A stretch of DNA of 64,000 nucleotides from positions 185,444,001 through 185,508,000 of the forward strand of contig NC_058368.1 of assembly GCF_018350175.1 (NCBI RefSeq). The letters run 5' to 3'. Of the stretch, positions 12,435 to 25,354 are shown in pieces. The DNA is from Felis catus (Eukaryota). Under the pieces are notes generated by a model that made no database searches, was not told where the DNA came from, and saw only the letters and a program-made list of their open reading frames with translations. Within the stretch, counting starts at the first letter, position 1; each line of letters starts with the position of its first letter. The position numbers and the translations under genes are program-made.

Positions 12435-13030
12435 TTAGTTGAAAGAGACCTTCGAGCATGTCTAGTCATGCCTTCTCTGTAACACCCTGGCAGGTGGTTG
12501 ATTGATTATATAGCCTATACTTGATCTCTTCTAATGACAGGAAATTAATTACATTTCAGCATTGTCTTTTCACTTATGGACAGTTCTAATGGCCACACAC
12601 ATTTCAATTCCACTCTCTTTTGCTAATGTGATGTTGTAATGACAACACTTCTGAAGCCTTACTTTTCCTGGGTAATCATCCCTGATTATTTAAGAAGTTT
12701 TTCGTCAGACACAGTTTCTAAACACTATACTTTCTTAGGAAGCTTCTCAAAGTTTTGAGCAATGTTACCTTGATGTGACCAGTACAGAGTATGATAACTT
12801 GTTCTCTTCCTTGAGCTGTATAGTAGTTCTATTTGCGTAGTCATGGATTTCATTAGCTTTTTAGCAGCCAGTTAATTGAAATGTCCATTCATAAGAGGTT
12901 ATAATCTTGTCTTTTTCAGTATAATTTTAAGCATAGTTTCTCCTACTGTATATTTGGACTTATTTTGAGCAATTAACTTTTGAACTTAAATGCAGAACTT
13001 TATGTTTACCTACTATCTCATTTTATCCTT
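12435..13030 (-). mobile_element. L3/CR1 LINE fragment
   Basis: ggacagttctaat, accagtacagagtat, ttagctttttagcagcc, ttttgaacttaaatgcagaacttta are characteristic antisense L3 blocks in the expected order. Confidence 0.75.
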
Positions 13031-13156
13031 AAAATACTGGGAGAAAGGGAGAAAAGATATTAGTTCCATTTTTGATTAAAATAGTGTGTCACAGAGAATA
13101 GTGTCTCACTTGTCAAATAGCAAGTTACTGGTAAAGTTAAATGCCAGGACTTAGTA

Positions 13157-13175
13157 TTTTTTTTATTTTTTGAAT

Positions 13176-13222
<47 letters not shown>

Positions 13223-13416
13223 TTTTTCCTTTATTTTAGAGAGAGAGAGAGAGAGAGCGAGAGCAGGGAGAGGGGCAGAGGGAGAGAGGGAATCTTAAGC
13301 AGGCTCTCTGCTCAGCATGGAGCTAGACATGGGGCTTGATCCCACAAACCTGGGATGATGACTTGAGACAAAATCAAGAGTCAGACGATCAACCGACTAA
13401 GCCAGCTAGGCACCCC
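13157..13416 (-). mobile_element. CAN-SINE with (TTTA)n tail
   Basis: Ends ...ctaagccagctaggcacccc; degenerate TSD aggacttag/agaatttag. Confidence 0.93.
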
Positions 13417-15133
13417 AGAATTTAGCTTTCTTAGTTTGCTGAGAAAATGTCCCACATTGACTAATGATTTAAAAATGCATTTATGTGGAAATATCTTTTG
13501 CTAACACATAGTTGAGAAAAGGAATAAAACTGGTGGTATTTAATCCATTCCCCTTTTTTACTTCATTCCTATCGGAGATTCCTTCACATTTCTATGTATC
13601 TCCTTAATTATCGGTAGAGTTCTTCTCTATCCAGTTACACAGATCAGTCATGTAACAAAAAAGATCTGCATTTGCTCTTGTTCTGTTCCATAGACATATA
13701 GGCATTGCATTTCAGATCCACATGGTTCTCTCCAAATCTACAGCTTTAACATGTACTTGTCTTACTAAACCGAACATTTGCTCAGTTTGAATCTCAATTT
13801 CGACTGTTTATATCCAGTGTTTAAATGAGTGTTCTCTGGTGATCAAGCTGGGAATTACTGCACATTTTAGTTTTTACTTAAGAAGCACAATTAAAAGATG
13901 AGAAAATAGAAAATAGTGACTTGAGAGTAACATCTCTTTTTTTTTTCAGAAGATTCTCTAAATATTGTTTAGTATTGTCTCTTCTGCAGATATTTCAGTA
14001 TTAAATGGTACTTTCCTCTGAGGTGGAATAGAGCATATACCAGTCTCAAAGCAACCATGCAAGTTTTCTTTTAAGGATATGAAGTAGCTGGGAAATGCTT
14101 ACCTGAAAATAAATTTATTCTATATTATCATGTGTAACTCTGATGTGATGGCTTATTACTCATCCCCATACAGAGATTGGCGTGGGCAGGTGCTACTGAC
14201 AAATTTGTCAATTCCAGCCCAGAGCTACAAAATTCCTTGTCCAAGGACACAGAATCCACTAACAGTATTGACGTTCAAAAAATGCCAAAGACAGTTCTGT
14301 TCTCTCAAGCATTCCATTTGGTCTAATTGAGCTTTGCTAACCTTTTCTCTGTGACAGAACAACTTTGAATGCATGTCAGGAGAGAGCTTTATAAATATTT
14401 ATTGAATAAAACAGCTTGTTTGGATATGAAATGAGTTTAAAGATGGGAATTAAGGCCAGTAAATTTCTAACTTTCTGGTGTGGAAAATGTGTGTTGGGAG
14501 AATGCCCAACATCAAATTTTAAATAATAACCAATTTTGTTTTTAGTACTCAACTTAATGTAGTGTTATAATAGAACTATAGAACTTGCATTTGTCAGCTT
14601 TTAAAAATTTTTGGAGGGATAGATTTGATTTATTCATCATTCATTCATTCCTCTGTATTTTCCTCCTGATATTGTAAACTGTAAGAAAGAAAAAGATAAC
14701 TTCCAAATGATAAATGCAACTTCTAACTATAGCATAATTTTATTGTTTATACTTTGTTTAGATGAACAGGCTGTTTCAATATTGTTGGTGACAATAAATT
14801 CTTCAATGGCACCTCATCCCCTTTTTGCTGCACATTTAAAAATGCATGTCCTTGCTTCTTGCAACTGTTTTCCCTATTCCCTCTTACACACAGCTCTAGC
14901 TCCTTACTCTTCTTCTGCATCCCTTTTGATAAAATCCACATTGCTCAATCAATAAATGGTAATTTATAAGTATAACTCCTCATTTTCCCAGAACCATCTC
15001 CCATCAATTATTCCTGAAAATAACTCAATTTTGGCCAAACTCCTCCTGCTAAATCCCTATAACACAAGTTAGATACTCCTTTGAAGACTTCCCCAAGTTA
15101 AATATTTCTTGGAAGCCTTCTTCAGCATTTTCT

Positions 15134-15380
15134 TTCTTTCTTTTTTTTTAATTTTTAAAAAGTGTTTATGCTTATTTTTGAGAGAGAGAGAGAGAAAGAG
15201 AGAGAAAGCGCAAGTGGGGCAGGGGCAGAGAGAGAGACACACACAGAATCTGAAGCAGGTTCCAGGCTTGGAGCTGATCGCACAGAACCCAATGCGGGGC
15301 TCAAACTCAAAAACCGCGAGATCATGACCTGAGCTGAAGTCAGAAGTTTAACTGACTGAGCCACCCAAGTACTGCCCCCC
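15134..15380 (-). mobile_element. CAN-SINE
   Basis: T tail, (GA)n, cagaatctgaagcagg, ...gactgagccacccaagt. Confidence 0.93.
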
Positions 15381-15396
15381 GCCCCCACTAAAAAAA

Positions 15397-15445
15397 TTTT
15401 TTTTTAATGTTTATTTATTTTTGAGACAGAGACAGAGCGTGAGCA
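15397..15445 (-). mobile_element. CAN-SINE 3' tail fragment abutting the previous SINE head
   Basis: tttttttttaatgtttatttatttttgagacagagacagagcgtgagca. Confidence 0.85.
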
Positions 15446-16125
15446 TCTTTTTACTACTTCTCTTTCTCTTTCTGTCTTTCTCTCCAGTGACTGTAAGGAG
15501 ATCAAGGGCCACTGGTGCATGGGAAGGCCAGTTACCCCTCTTGCACATCTGTGTTCCTCTCAAACCCAGGGAATCATCCTGATTGGATTCCATTCTTTGA
15601 CATATAGAAGCCCACTTAGGGCTTGAGTCTAAGCTGTATGTTTGATCTAGGTTACAAGAAAGTCTTGCATTTGAGTATCACTATTAGCTTACCTCATACT
15701 AGAGTGATGTTTTGGGCTCCCATTTATTAGTGATATATGTCTTTAGTTTTCTCAGCAATTATCTAGAAGAAGGTGTTTGATGAAATAGGATTGTGGGGTT
15801 CTTCGTTTCTTATTCAAATTCTATCTAAAAGTGCTTCAAACACTTAGTGCTTAATATTTGTGTTTGAGGATTAGCTATCCACAGACAAAAATTAACATCA
15901 TCTGAGTTTGGCTTATTTACTAATTTATGACATCTTTAAAATGATATTAACCCTAGGTCAAAGGGTTGGAAGAACAAAATGAGCTACTATACTTTGTACA
16001 TAACGTGTTGAATGTAGTAAGGGCTTAACAATTTTTATTTATTAGATTCTAAACAACAAAAGTTTAGGAAATTGGCTTGTTCACTATTTTTTCTTTAACA
16101 CTTAGCATGCTGTCAGTTTGGGGGT

Positions 16126-16154
<29 letters not shown>
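16126..16154. repeat. (GT)n microsatellite
   Basis: Seen directly. Confidence 0.95.
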
Positions 16155-16157
<3 letters not shown>

Positions 16158-17360
16158 CTACTTGAATGAATATGGGGAGCATTAAAACTTTTTTATGGTA
16201 TAAAATAATAAGATAATCATCTATTTGACATTCTGGAATATTATCTTCTGGTTGGTCTGGAAAGGGAAACAAAAGAAATCTTTTATGGAATAAAATAACA
16301 AGACCTTAGTAATGTAGTAAAATTGTATAGTTTCTGGGCAGCAGAGAATAATGGATATCTGAAGAATTTAAGGGGAGAAATCAAAAGGTAGGATAAGTAC
16401 ATATTTGTGATATAGATTGAAAATTTATTTAAATTTAATATTTTTGACCCAAAACACTGGGTTTATGTGTGTGTATATATATTACATACATATACACATA
16501 TGTCTATATCACACAACTATGTATAACACTTATACCTTAAAAAATTATCACATAATCATAAAATATATTAAAATTATTTTTCTAAAATGAGAATGTCAAA
16601 AGTCCTGATTATACTAGATGACATAATTGGAGTAATATATAAAGCATAGTTTTTATAGTATGAGCTGTGAGTTTATTTTAAATCAGTAGCTATATTCATG
16701 GATAAATCATACTCATAAGCAGGGTATTTACTGTCAGAATCTTTAGTTTGATCTGTAACTTTTCCAGGAAAGTGCTCGAGTAAGCTATAGCTAAACTTGC
16801 TTTTTTATCTGCTTATAAATTTGTTGCTAGAGCTGTTTAATTTTTCCTTTCCTAAGTGAATGACAGAATAAAATAATTTCATATAGAAAAAAGTATATGT
16901 GATTTTATTTTTAACCCTTATATATTTTTTGTAATATTGTGACTGAATATGCTTCCAACAAAGAGAGTTTTGCTTTAAACATAAAACTGAACAAGTAACT
17001 CTAAAGATTGGGGGATATTGGATGATATAAAAATTGATTGAAATATTTGCTCTTCAAAATGGTGAATAATATTACTCAGCTATCTATTTCCTTTTTAGAA
17101 TGCAATTTTTAGGATTTTTTTTCATTACTGTTTTTAAATGGTTGGTGTCCTGATAAAGGATTTATGTCACATATAGGGGGCAGTTATTTGAAAATGAATT
17201 AATCAGCTTCCTCTTCATTATTCTGCTCTCGAGAGCATTTGTAGTAGAACGTATTTTGAGATTTCTACTTAGGACATTGATATTTGTGTATATACCTCCT
17301 CTCCCCACATAGACAAAAATGGTCATAAATGACCCAAGCCAACTAAATCAGATCATTTCT

Positions 17361-17384
17361 TTTTTTTTATGTTTATTTATTTTT

Positions 17385-17415
<31 letters not shown>

Positions 17416-17590
17416 GCACATACAAGTGGGAAGGGGCAGAGAGAGAGAGAGGGAGACAGAGAATCCCAAGCAAGCTCCGTGCTGTCAGCACACAGCCTGA
17501 CGCAGGGCTTGAAACTACAACCCTTGATATCATGACCTGAGCCAAAACCAAGAGTCAGTCACTTAACCAACTAAGCTACCCAGGCACCCC
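17361..17590 (-). mobile_element. CAN-SINE
   Basis: Ends ctacccaggcacccc; TSD taaatcagatcatttct/taaataaggtcatttct. Confidence 0.95.
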
Positions 17591-17792
17591 TAAATAAGGT
17601 CATTTCTTAAGATAACTTAGGAATTATGGTATAATAAGAGAACACATTAATTTGGAAGTTGTGGGGCTGTTGTGTAAACTTGGAAGCAGAGAAACCAGTC
17701 TTTAGAGAGAAAAGATAAGCAGATGAATAAAGGAGAAAGAAAAGAGTTTGTATAGAGAGAACAAGAATGTGAAGTAGAAAGAGGAAGAGAGA

Positions 17793-18010
17793 GGGGTGCC
17801 GGGGTGGCTTAGTCGGGTAACTGGCTGACTTTGGCTCAGGTCATGATCTCACAGTTCATGAGTTCGAGCCCTGTGTCAGGCTCTGTGCTGACATTTTGGA
17901 GTCTGGAGCCTGCTTCAGATTCTGTGTCTCCCTCTCTCTCTGACCCTCCCCAGCTCATGTTCTCTCTCTCTCTCTCAAAAATAAATAAAACATTAAAAAA
18001 ATTAAAAATA
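17793..18010 (+). mobile_element. CAN-SINE
   Basis: Head ggggtgccggggtggcttagtcgg, B-box gagttcgagcc, (CT)n, aaaataaataaaacattaaaa tail. Confidence 0.95.
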
Positions 18011-18084
18011 AAAGATAAAGAGAATGAAAAGACAGTTACCACAGCATATTGATTAAAGAAGACTTCATCTCAAAGGAAGGTGTA

Positions 18085-18300
18085 GTCATTCATTCTTTTC
18101 TTCATTTAACATTTATTTATATATTTTTACAGTGTGACAGGCACTGCTACATATTCTGATGATAAAGTGGTAAACATGGGACTGTCAGTCATATTTTTAT
18201 GGGGATTTTATTCTAGTGAGACACATCTTCAATGAATAAACAATAATATTGTATAATTTAAGGTTATGGTGAGTAATATGAAGTGATACACAGCAGAATG
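18085..18300 (-). mobile_element. L2 3' end fragment
   Basis: tcattcattc...atttatt...tgtgacaggcactg. Confidence 0.55.
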
Positions 18301-18544
18301 AATGTTGAAACTGGGAAGTGGGGAGAAGAAAATCTTGTGTAAAGAGGTAACATTTTTAGTGACTACACTAAGCAACGAACATTACTTATTTTCTATTTTC
18401 TTATTTCTTCTCCTAGAGTTGCTAACTCAGTAATGATATGATCATAGTTATGATTGACACATGACCCCTGAAAATATGCCTTATATTTTTTTTTTTTTTT
18501 TTTTCTTTAGAGAAACCCCTGCCCATTCCTGGAACCAGCGTTAA

Positions 18545-18930
18545 TTTTTTTAGAGTAAGTAATGCTAGCTGCTACAAGACACAAATCCCCAAATCTCTAT
18601 GGCTTAACCCGATAAAAGCGTATTTCACCTCTTGCAGTCTGATACATTTTGGGCAGCTGTCCAAGGCAGCTCTCTTCCAAATGGTGACTCAAGAATCAAA
18701 GTTTCTTCCATATTTTAGCAACACTATCTGGAGCATGGAGACTTCAAGGTCAGTAGAGCAGAGGAAGAGAGAGATAAAGGAGGCATACTAGCTCCTGGTT
18801 TCTTTAGACTGGAGATGGTACTCATTATTGGCATTCACACTTGCTTGGCTTGTCTCAATTCCATGGTTTCAACCTAATATGCACAGGACCTGGGAAATAG
18901 GAAGGAGATTGGAGATATTTGTTGAACATT
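18545..18930 (-). mobile_element. MaLR LTR (MLT1I/J-like)
   Basis: taatgctagctgctacaagacacaaatccccaaatctctatggcttaa...ggtgactcaaga...ctgggaaata. Confidence 0.65.
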
Positions 18931-19177
18931 ATCTGTAAGGGATATATTTTTGAAACAAGAGCCATGGGCTTTGGTGATGGACTATGGGTGTGAGAAAAAC
19001 TGGAAAGCCAGAGATGATTTCCTAAGATTTGACCTATGTAATTAAGGTAATGGTTGGGAGTGGTTACTAACATAAGTACAAACCTGACCTTAATAGTATT
19101 CAAAAGTGTGCTTTATTATATCTGTATCTATGGCTGTTACTGCTTGGTAATATTACCTATATTTGATTTGGTGACAT

Positions 19178-19371
19178 ACATATATATATAATATTTATAT
19201 ATGTTATAATATATAAATATTGATATGAATATATTAATTAAAATATAAATTAATTAAAATATAAATGTATAAATAACATAAATATATAAATATTATATAT
19301 ATAAATATTAACATAAATATTAATAAATATATAAATATATAAATATAATATATATAATATATATATTATTA
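19178..19371. repeat. Near-pure A/T low-complexity (TA-rich) tract
   Basis: Seen directly. Confidence 0.9.
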
Positions 19372-19849
19372 AAAAAAACTTTGAGTTCGTAAAGTTGAAA
19401 TACTGTACTTATTTTTCCTAAACTGGATCTGCAGCTCCCCTCGTGATTCTAACATATATCCAGGGCTGAGAGCCACTGGTGTCAACCCTTGTAGGTCATT
19501 GTAGCAAAAACAAACAACAACAACAACAAAACTGGGTTTTACTCTGATTGAGGTGAGAAGTTATGGGATGGTTTTGGGAGGAGTGACATGATTCTGTGTT
19601 TTAATGTAACTGCTTTGGCTGCTTTACAGATTACATGATATTTAAAGCAGTAAGACTAGCCAATATCAGCAAGAGAAATACATAAAAGAGGGGGGAAGAC
19701 TGAAAAAGGAGTCCTGGTGCATGTGAGTTAGAGAAATGATATAAAAGAGGAAGAAGTAGTGGTTGATGAAGTAGAAGAAAGGCAGGAGACTGCAGTGTCT
19801 TATAATCGAAGTGAATAATGTGTTTCAAGAAGTTTAATGGATTTTCTGG

Positions 19850-21580
19850 CAATTGGATACTGAGACCAGTTGTAGCACATGCAATGTTTATTAGGGAATG
19901 CCCAGGAGAGCAAAACCTGTGGGAGGAAGAGGAAGGAAGCCACATGGGGCAAAGATAGATGCAGCCACAATGCTGATCTGATGATGACAGCCTCGGCTGG
20001 CTCCAGAGTTAAAATGGTCCATCACAGTTGTCCCTTGTTAGGCCAAAATGGCTAGGCTTTTAATGGCCCACCACAATTAGCAACTGAATGTGTGTTTCCC
20101 TGGGAAGGGTGTAACCTTGAGCCAGGTGATTGTGTGGCTAAGGAAATTCCTTAAGGGGCTGACAGACAAAGGCTGTTGGCTGACATCTCTTCCAAAGACT
20201 GAGACAAGACCTTCCTTAAGTGGTGCCTCATGGTGCCCACTAAAATCCACCCTTTGAACTCAGATTTGTATATATAAAATTTTATATGTCTATTATAAAT
20301 ACACATAAAATTATGTATAATTATATATATATACAAATGAGATATATGTATGTGTGTATAGATATTATATATATATTTAATATATTTTTTATTTGCTTTT
20401 TCAGAGAGTTTATCCTCCAAGATTCCAATTGGTTCCCCTCTTTCTGGGATAAACTTAGAAAAGGAAGTTTGGTTGGGATAAACCAGAGCCCCTGCTGTTG
20501 CAGCTGGTTTTGAGGTTACAACTGATGTTCATTTTCTCTCTCTTCAACTGTACATTCCAGATTTCCATAAACAACAGTTGGAAGCTCTGTTGATTTCACT
20601 GGCTTATTTGGTGGCATGGTCCAGAATCTCATTTCTGGTCACTATGCCCTTCTCTAGGCCAGTGTGGCTTCACTTGTTGATGTAGCATCAAAACTTTGCA
20701 AGGGGATATCAAGCAGCACCCATGTGGAACATTGAAGTGTCAAAAATATCCCTCCTTGCCCCTATTGTGTCATAGAAACTCTGCCAAAGGGGTGACTCTT
20801 TTTGCCAGCTGGTTTCTTGACACAAAGGCATCCGAAGTGCTCAGACAATGGAGATAGCTTATAACTCAAAGGGTCTCGTGGTTAGTTCCCTGGTGAAAGT
20901 GTGCCTTAGGGATTACCAAGACCTCTAACTCTGGAGAACCTGGAGTTTTTGGAAGACAAAGTACACATTCCTCAAGTGACAATTAAATCCTGAGTCTGGT
21001 CCTTAACTTTGTCTGACCCCCTGCTGCAGGAAGTGAGAGCTTATTACTACCAAAGAGGCTCTCTGGCTCTCACAGTTAGCTTTCAATTGCCTGTTAATTG
21101 CTCTCAGCTTTCCATTGTCTTTTTCTAGAGCATCAGTGAAGCTTAGTAATAGCCACTTAATTCCATTGTCATTATGGTTACTATTTCCCCCAGTTTTTCA
21201 AATGTTTGATACATTGTGTTAGCTCTGGCCTTCTCTTGCTCTGGTACACCATCACAATTCAGTACCCATGAGTTTTAGCAATTGGGCCATCTAGTTGTAC
21301 CAGGGTCCATCTGTGATGCATCTACCACCAATGATGGGACCTTAACTGCCAGCCAGAGGGTGACAATCCATTCTATTACCTGCTTTTGGGGACCACCCCT
21401 GTTACATACCATTGCAGGTTGAACTTTCTGAGAAGTAGAGCATGAGAAGGTTCTAATGTGCAGGCCGTTTATTAGGATGTGAACATGGGCAAGGTGGCTT
21501 TATACAGCTAAGGCAAACTGTGAGGAACTGGCAGATGAAGGTGGTGGGCCAACAGCACTTCCGGCAGGGAGGGTAAGATC
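19850..21580 (-). mobile_element. Internally deleted ERVL-class provirus with LTR16A-like LTRs
   Basis: 3' LTR ~19850-20244 preceded on the minus strand by PPT aaagggtgga (20246-20255); PBS-like tggtatgtaacaggggtggtcc (~21390-21411); partial 5' LTR ~21412-21580; gag remnant between. Confidence 0.75.
20980..21180 (-). pseudogene. ERVL gag N-terminal remnant (frameshifted)
   Basis: Minus-strand translation DNGIKWLLLSFTDALEKDNGKLRAINRQLKANCESQRASL then, after a frameshift, ALTSCSRGSDKVKDQTQDLIV; resembles the ERVL gag WLLL...coiled-coil...ISC..RAE..ENQTQ.LI segment. Confidence 0.7.
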
Positions 21581-21739
21581 ATTGAACAATGTAGAAGTCA
21601 TTAGTGATTATGTTTTTCAGATGATATTTCATGGCCATTCTTTTTTAAAATTCAAATGAAAACAAACTTGCCCTTTGCTGGAGTTGTATTATATCAGGAA
21701 TGTTGAAGCTTAAGTTGCTATAAACAAAGAAGCCCTATT

Positions 21740-21952
21740 AATTTTTTTTGTTTATGTTTGAGAGATAGATAGAGAAAGTAAGTGTGAGCAGGGGTGGGGT
21801 AGAGAGAGAGGGAGAGAGAGAGAATTCCAAGCAGGCTCCATGCTATCAGTACAGAGCCTGACACAGGGGTCAATCCCATGAACCCTGAGATCATGACCTG
21901 AGCCAAAATCAAGAGTTGGATGCTTAACCGACTGAGCCCTCCAGGCACCCCC
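21740..21952 (-). mobile_element. CAN-SINE
   Basis: Ends ccaggcaccccc; TSD aagaagccctatt/aagaaaccttact. Confidence 0.93.
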
Positions 21953-22029
21953 AAGAAACCTTACTCCTAAAGTGCCTGGAACTTTATCCCATTCTCATGT
22001 AACAGTTCAGCTAAGTCATCCAAAACTTT

Positions 22030-22260
22030 TGTTCTTTGCATGTGGAACCAAGGCAGATCCTCCACATCCTACCATATATCATCCTATGGAAAGAAGCAAA
22101 GCCTAGTGTGTACCCGTTCCTTTTTAAAGCAATATTGAGGCATTGCACACTCAATTTCTTCTCATATCCCCATGGCCATAACTCTATCACATAACCAAAT
22201 TCAGATGCAAGATTTGCATGGAAATGTGGGTTAGCTGGGTGAATCCGTGCCCATCCAAAA
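22030..22260 (-). mobile_element. MLT1 LTR fragment
   Basis: atttcttctcatatccccatggccataact...tcacataacca...gatgcaag...ggaaatgtg. Confidence 0.5.
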
Positions 22261-23202
22261 CTTCATGAGGAGGGGAATTAAAAGTTAGGGGACAATTTAA
22301 TTCAGCCATCCCTGTACCACCAATGGAGACTTACATTCAGTCTTCCATGAGACTTTATCTACTATTAAGACTAGCTCAAAGTAAACATTCTTCACACCAA
22401 GCAGTCTAACCCAGAGCTTTCATCTGCTATACTGCTGTTCTACAGTAACATTCTGATGACAGGGAATAAGTTTGCTTTTCTAAGTTTTCTTTATCGACTA
22501 TTCTGAATTTATGCATTTCAGGTTTATCACAGGCATTTGTCTCTGAGTCATCTCTTTATTTTCTCTAATTCCATTGTAGGGCTTTTGACACAACAAATGT
22601 TTAAGCAATATTTACTGAGAAGTGTGTAGACTGAGAGTATTTGTATTTATTGAAGGTCAGCTCCCATTTTTCATTTTTAACAAATTTGAGTTCAAGTCAT
22701 GGAAAGCTGAAGACTAGAGACATCATTGTATTGGTTTGGAATAATAGTATTTCTCTCAGAGCAAAAGGTGAGGACAGATAAGACCCATAATAAAGTCTGA
22801 GATTAGATTTGAGAATTTTATTTAAAAAATTAGGAGTCTTTTTTCTTCTTCAAATTCTACCTTTTGAGGTCTGGGACTACACTGGAATCAAAATTGCTGA
22901 AACAATTAGATTGATTTTGTAAGGTATTTTGGCAAAATTTATCAGGTGCTGTTAACTGTTTATTCTTCAATTTAGTTGTTTCTATTTTGGGAACTTCAAC
23001 TCAAAGATGTAACACTAAACATGAGAAAATTAATGCACAAAGATATTTATGTCAATAGAGTAGTAATAGTGAAAACATGAAAAGAGCTAAATCTCTGATT
23101 TTAAGAGAATTGTGGAATAAGCTTACATTCATTTGATATAAAATAGGCAGTATATGAAATAACATGGAAAATAGTCATAATTTTAAGTGAAAAAATCAGG
23201 GC

Positions 23203-23448
23203 ACTAATAGCATATATTCAGTGTTTACTATATGTCAGGTGCTTTTCTAAGTGTATTATATAAGTTAACTCTGAATTCTCATAGCACTCTTATGAAGAAG
23301 ACATTGATATCATCTCTATTATGTAGATGAGGAAGTCTAGGAACAGAAGATTCATGGTATCTGACAAGGTCATAAAGAAAGTAAATGATAAAGATGAGAT
23401 TTGAACCCAGGCCTTGAGGCTTTGGAACCCATACTCTCAACTGCCATG
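23203..23448 (-). mobile_element. MIR, near full length
   Basis: tttactatatgtcaggtgc...tagatgaggaag...gagatttgaacccagg. Confidence 0.75.
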
Positions 23449-24231
23449 GGATGTGGCTTTATATGTAGAGGACAGTGATTTGTTTGGTGAGGCAAACTTT
23501 TGTTTTGTTGCTTGAGGAAAGCATTGATTGGTGGAAGTTGAAGTTTGTCTTGGAACTAATGGGCTCATTTATATAAGGTGCAGGGAGCTCTTTAGGAGAG
23601 AAAGGGTCAAGACCCAACCCCTTTCTTCTAGGAAAGTGGATTGAAGTGGCCCCGAAGGAGGCCCTGGGATCAGGTGAGGACAATCTGACTCCAGAGATAA
23701 ACTTTTCAAGGAGAAAGGCACAGAAAGAATGAGTGGACTCTCTCTTGCTGTAAAGCTTTATGTCAGAAGGAAGTGGTTTTCTGGGTGACACAGAGATATG
23801 CCCAGGCTTCTGTCCTAGCAAAAGTAGATTTTGTGACTGAATCCAAATAGCTGTCATCTTAAGATACAAGGCCAATGTTGGGTGAATCATCCTTAACTTT
23901 CACAATTCTGTGGAAAGGTTTTCCTCTGTCCCACCTGAACAAACCCAGTGGTCTGCTTGAGGAGTAATAATATCTTCAGGAAAAGTCCCAGGCCCAAGCA
24001 TTAGCATCAGAACTGTACAGGATGATGATGTATTCTAACATTCACAGGGGCAACTGTCCTTCTCTGAGTTTCTACTCACCCCCAGACATCTGTTTTGGGA
24101 AGTGTTTAGATCAGACTAACCAACTGTGGTAGTTCTTCTGGAATCTTTCAGCCTCAAAGGAGCACATACATATTCTGGCTACATTAAGGAAATTAGAGCA
24201 AATAAAACTTGTCCTTTGAATAAAATTCTGG

Positions 24232-24235
<4 letters not shown>

Positions 24236-24270
<35 letters not shown>
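24236..24270. repeat. (GT)n microsatellite
   Basis: Seen directly. Confidence 0.95.
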
Positions 24271-24272
<2 letters not shown>

Positions 24273-25354
24273 GAATATGGCATGTTTCAGGCTTAAATAT
24301 TAGGCTTTGAACCCAAACTTGTAAAGATAAATAGTATGGTTGCAATATATAATTGATGCTTTGCAAAACAAAACAAATTAGATATGAAACATAAGAGGAA
24401 CTTCACCAAAATGTTAACATAATTGTTTTATGATGGTGGTTCTTAAGATATTAAAAAATGTTTTCTGTGTTCAACCTTTTCTTTAAGGAATAAGCATTAC
24501 TTTTCTAATGAAGATGAAAGTAACATTTATCATTTCTCTATAACGATTGTTGGGGAAAGACTTCTGTTTCTTTATGATCTCTTCAAACTGTTTCTTAAAC
24601 ATATCAATTTATTGCAATCTATTATTTAAAATGTATCTCATCATTAATTTACTGAAACTTTTGAAGAAGAAGCAATGTTTACAGAAAAAAATTATCCACT
24701 ATCTGCATAGAGTGGACATGGTTTCAGCATTTCACTTGTATAATGTACTGCCTTCTAAACAGAGAACATAAGAACCTTAGGGAAACATCAAAGCTGTGCA
24801 TTTATGATCTATGTACACTGTGAAATTTCAAGGAAATCAGCCCTTTACACACTTCATCGCAAAATGCCCAAATCAACCACGCATTAAAATTTAGTGGTTC
24901 AGGGAAATTCTCATCTATGTCCTCTTCATAACCTCTTACAGGGAGCAACAGTAATTCTATAAGGTTGTTCCCTGCATGTTAACACCTCTTTAGTCTGCAC
25001 TTTTGGCATGTGAAAATTAAATTAAAGGAAACAAATTAAATTGCCAAATTCTATCGTATGTTGATTTTTTTTTACATTCCTTTAAGCTAAAAAGATTTTG
25101 TTTTGTTTTGAAGGTTGCTTGGGGTTGCTTGACTATAGAAAATCACTAGACAAGTCTGCTCACCCAGACAGCAGTCCATGACTCCTACCAGCATACTGGT
25201 TCCTTTTCAGAGAAGTAACTTGCAGGTGTCAGTAAATGCCTTGCTTTTCTTAATGCTGATTTCATGATCCTGGGTAAGGATAATAGAATATAAAGTACCT
25301 CCTAAGTTTCAGTAAACAAATCAGGATGTACGTTACCTTTGGGAAGTTCAAATA

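Noticed and set aside
17793..17880. tRNA gene (A-box and B-box present)
   Set aside because: These are the tRNA-derived heads of CAN-SINEs, followed by the SINE body and tail
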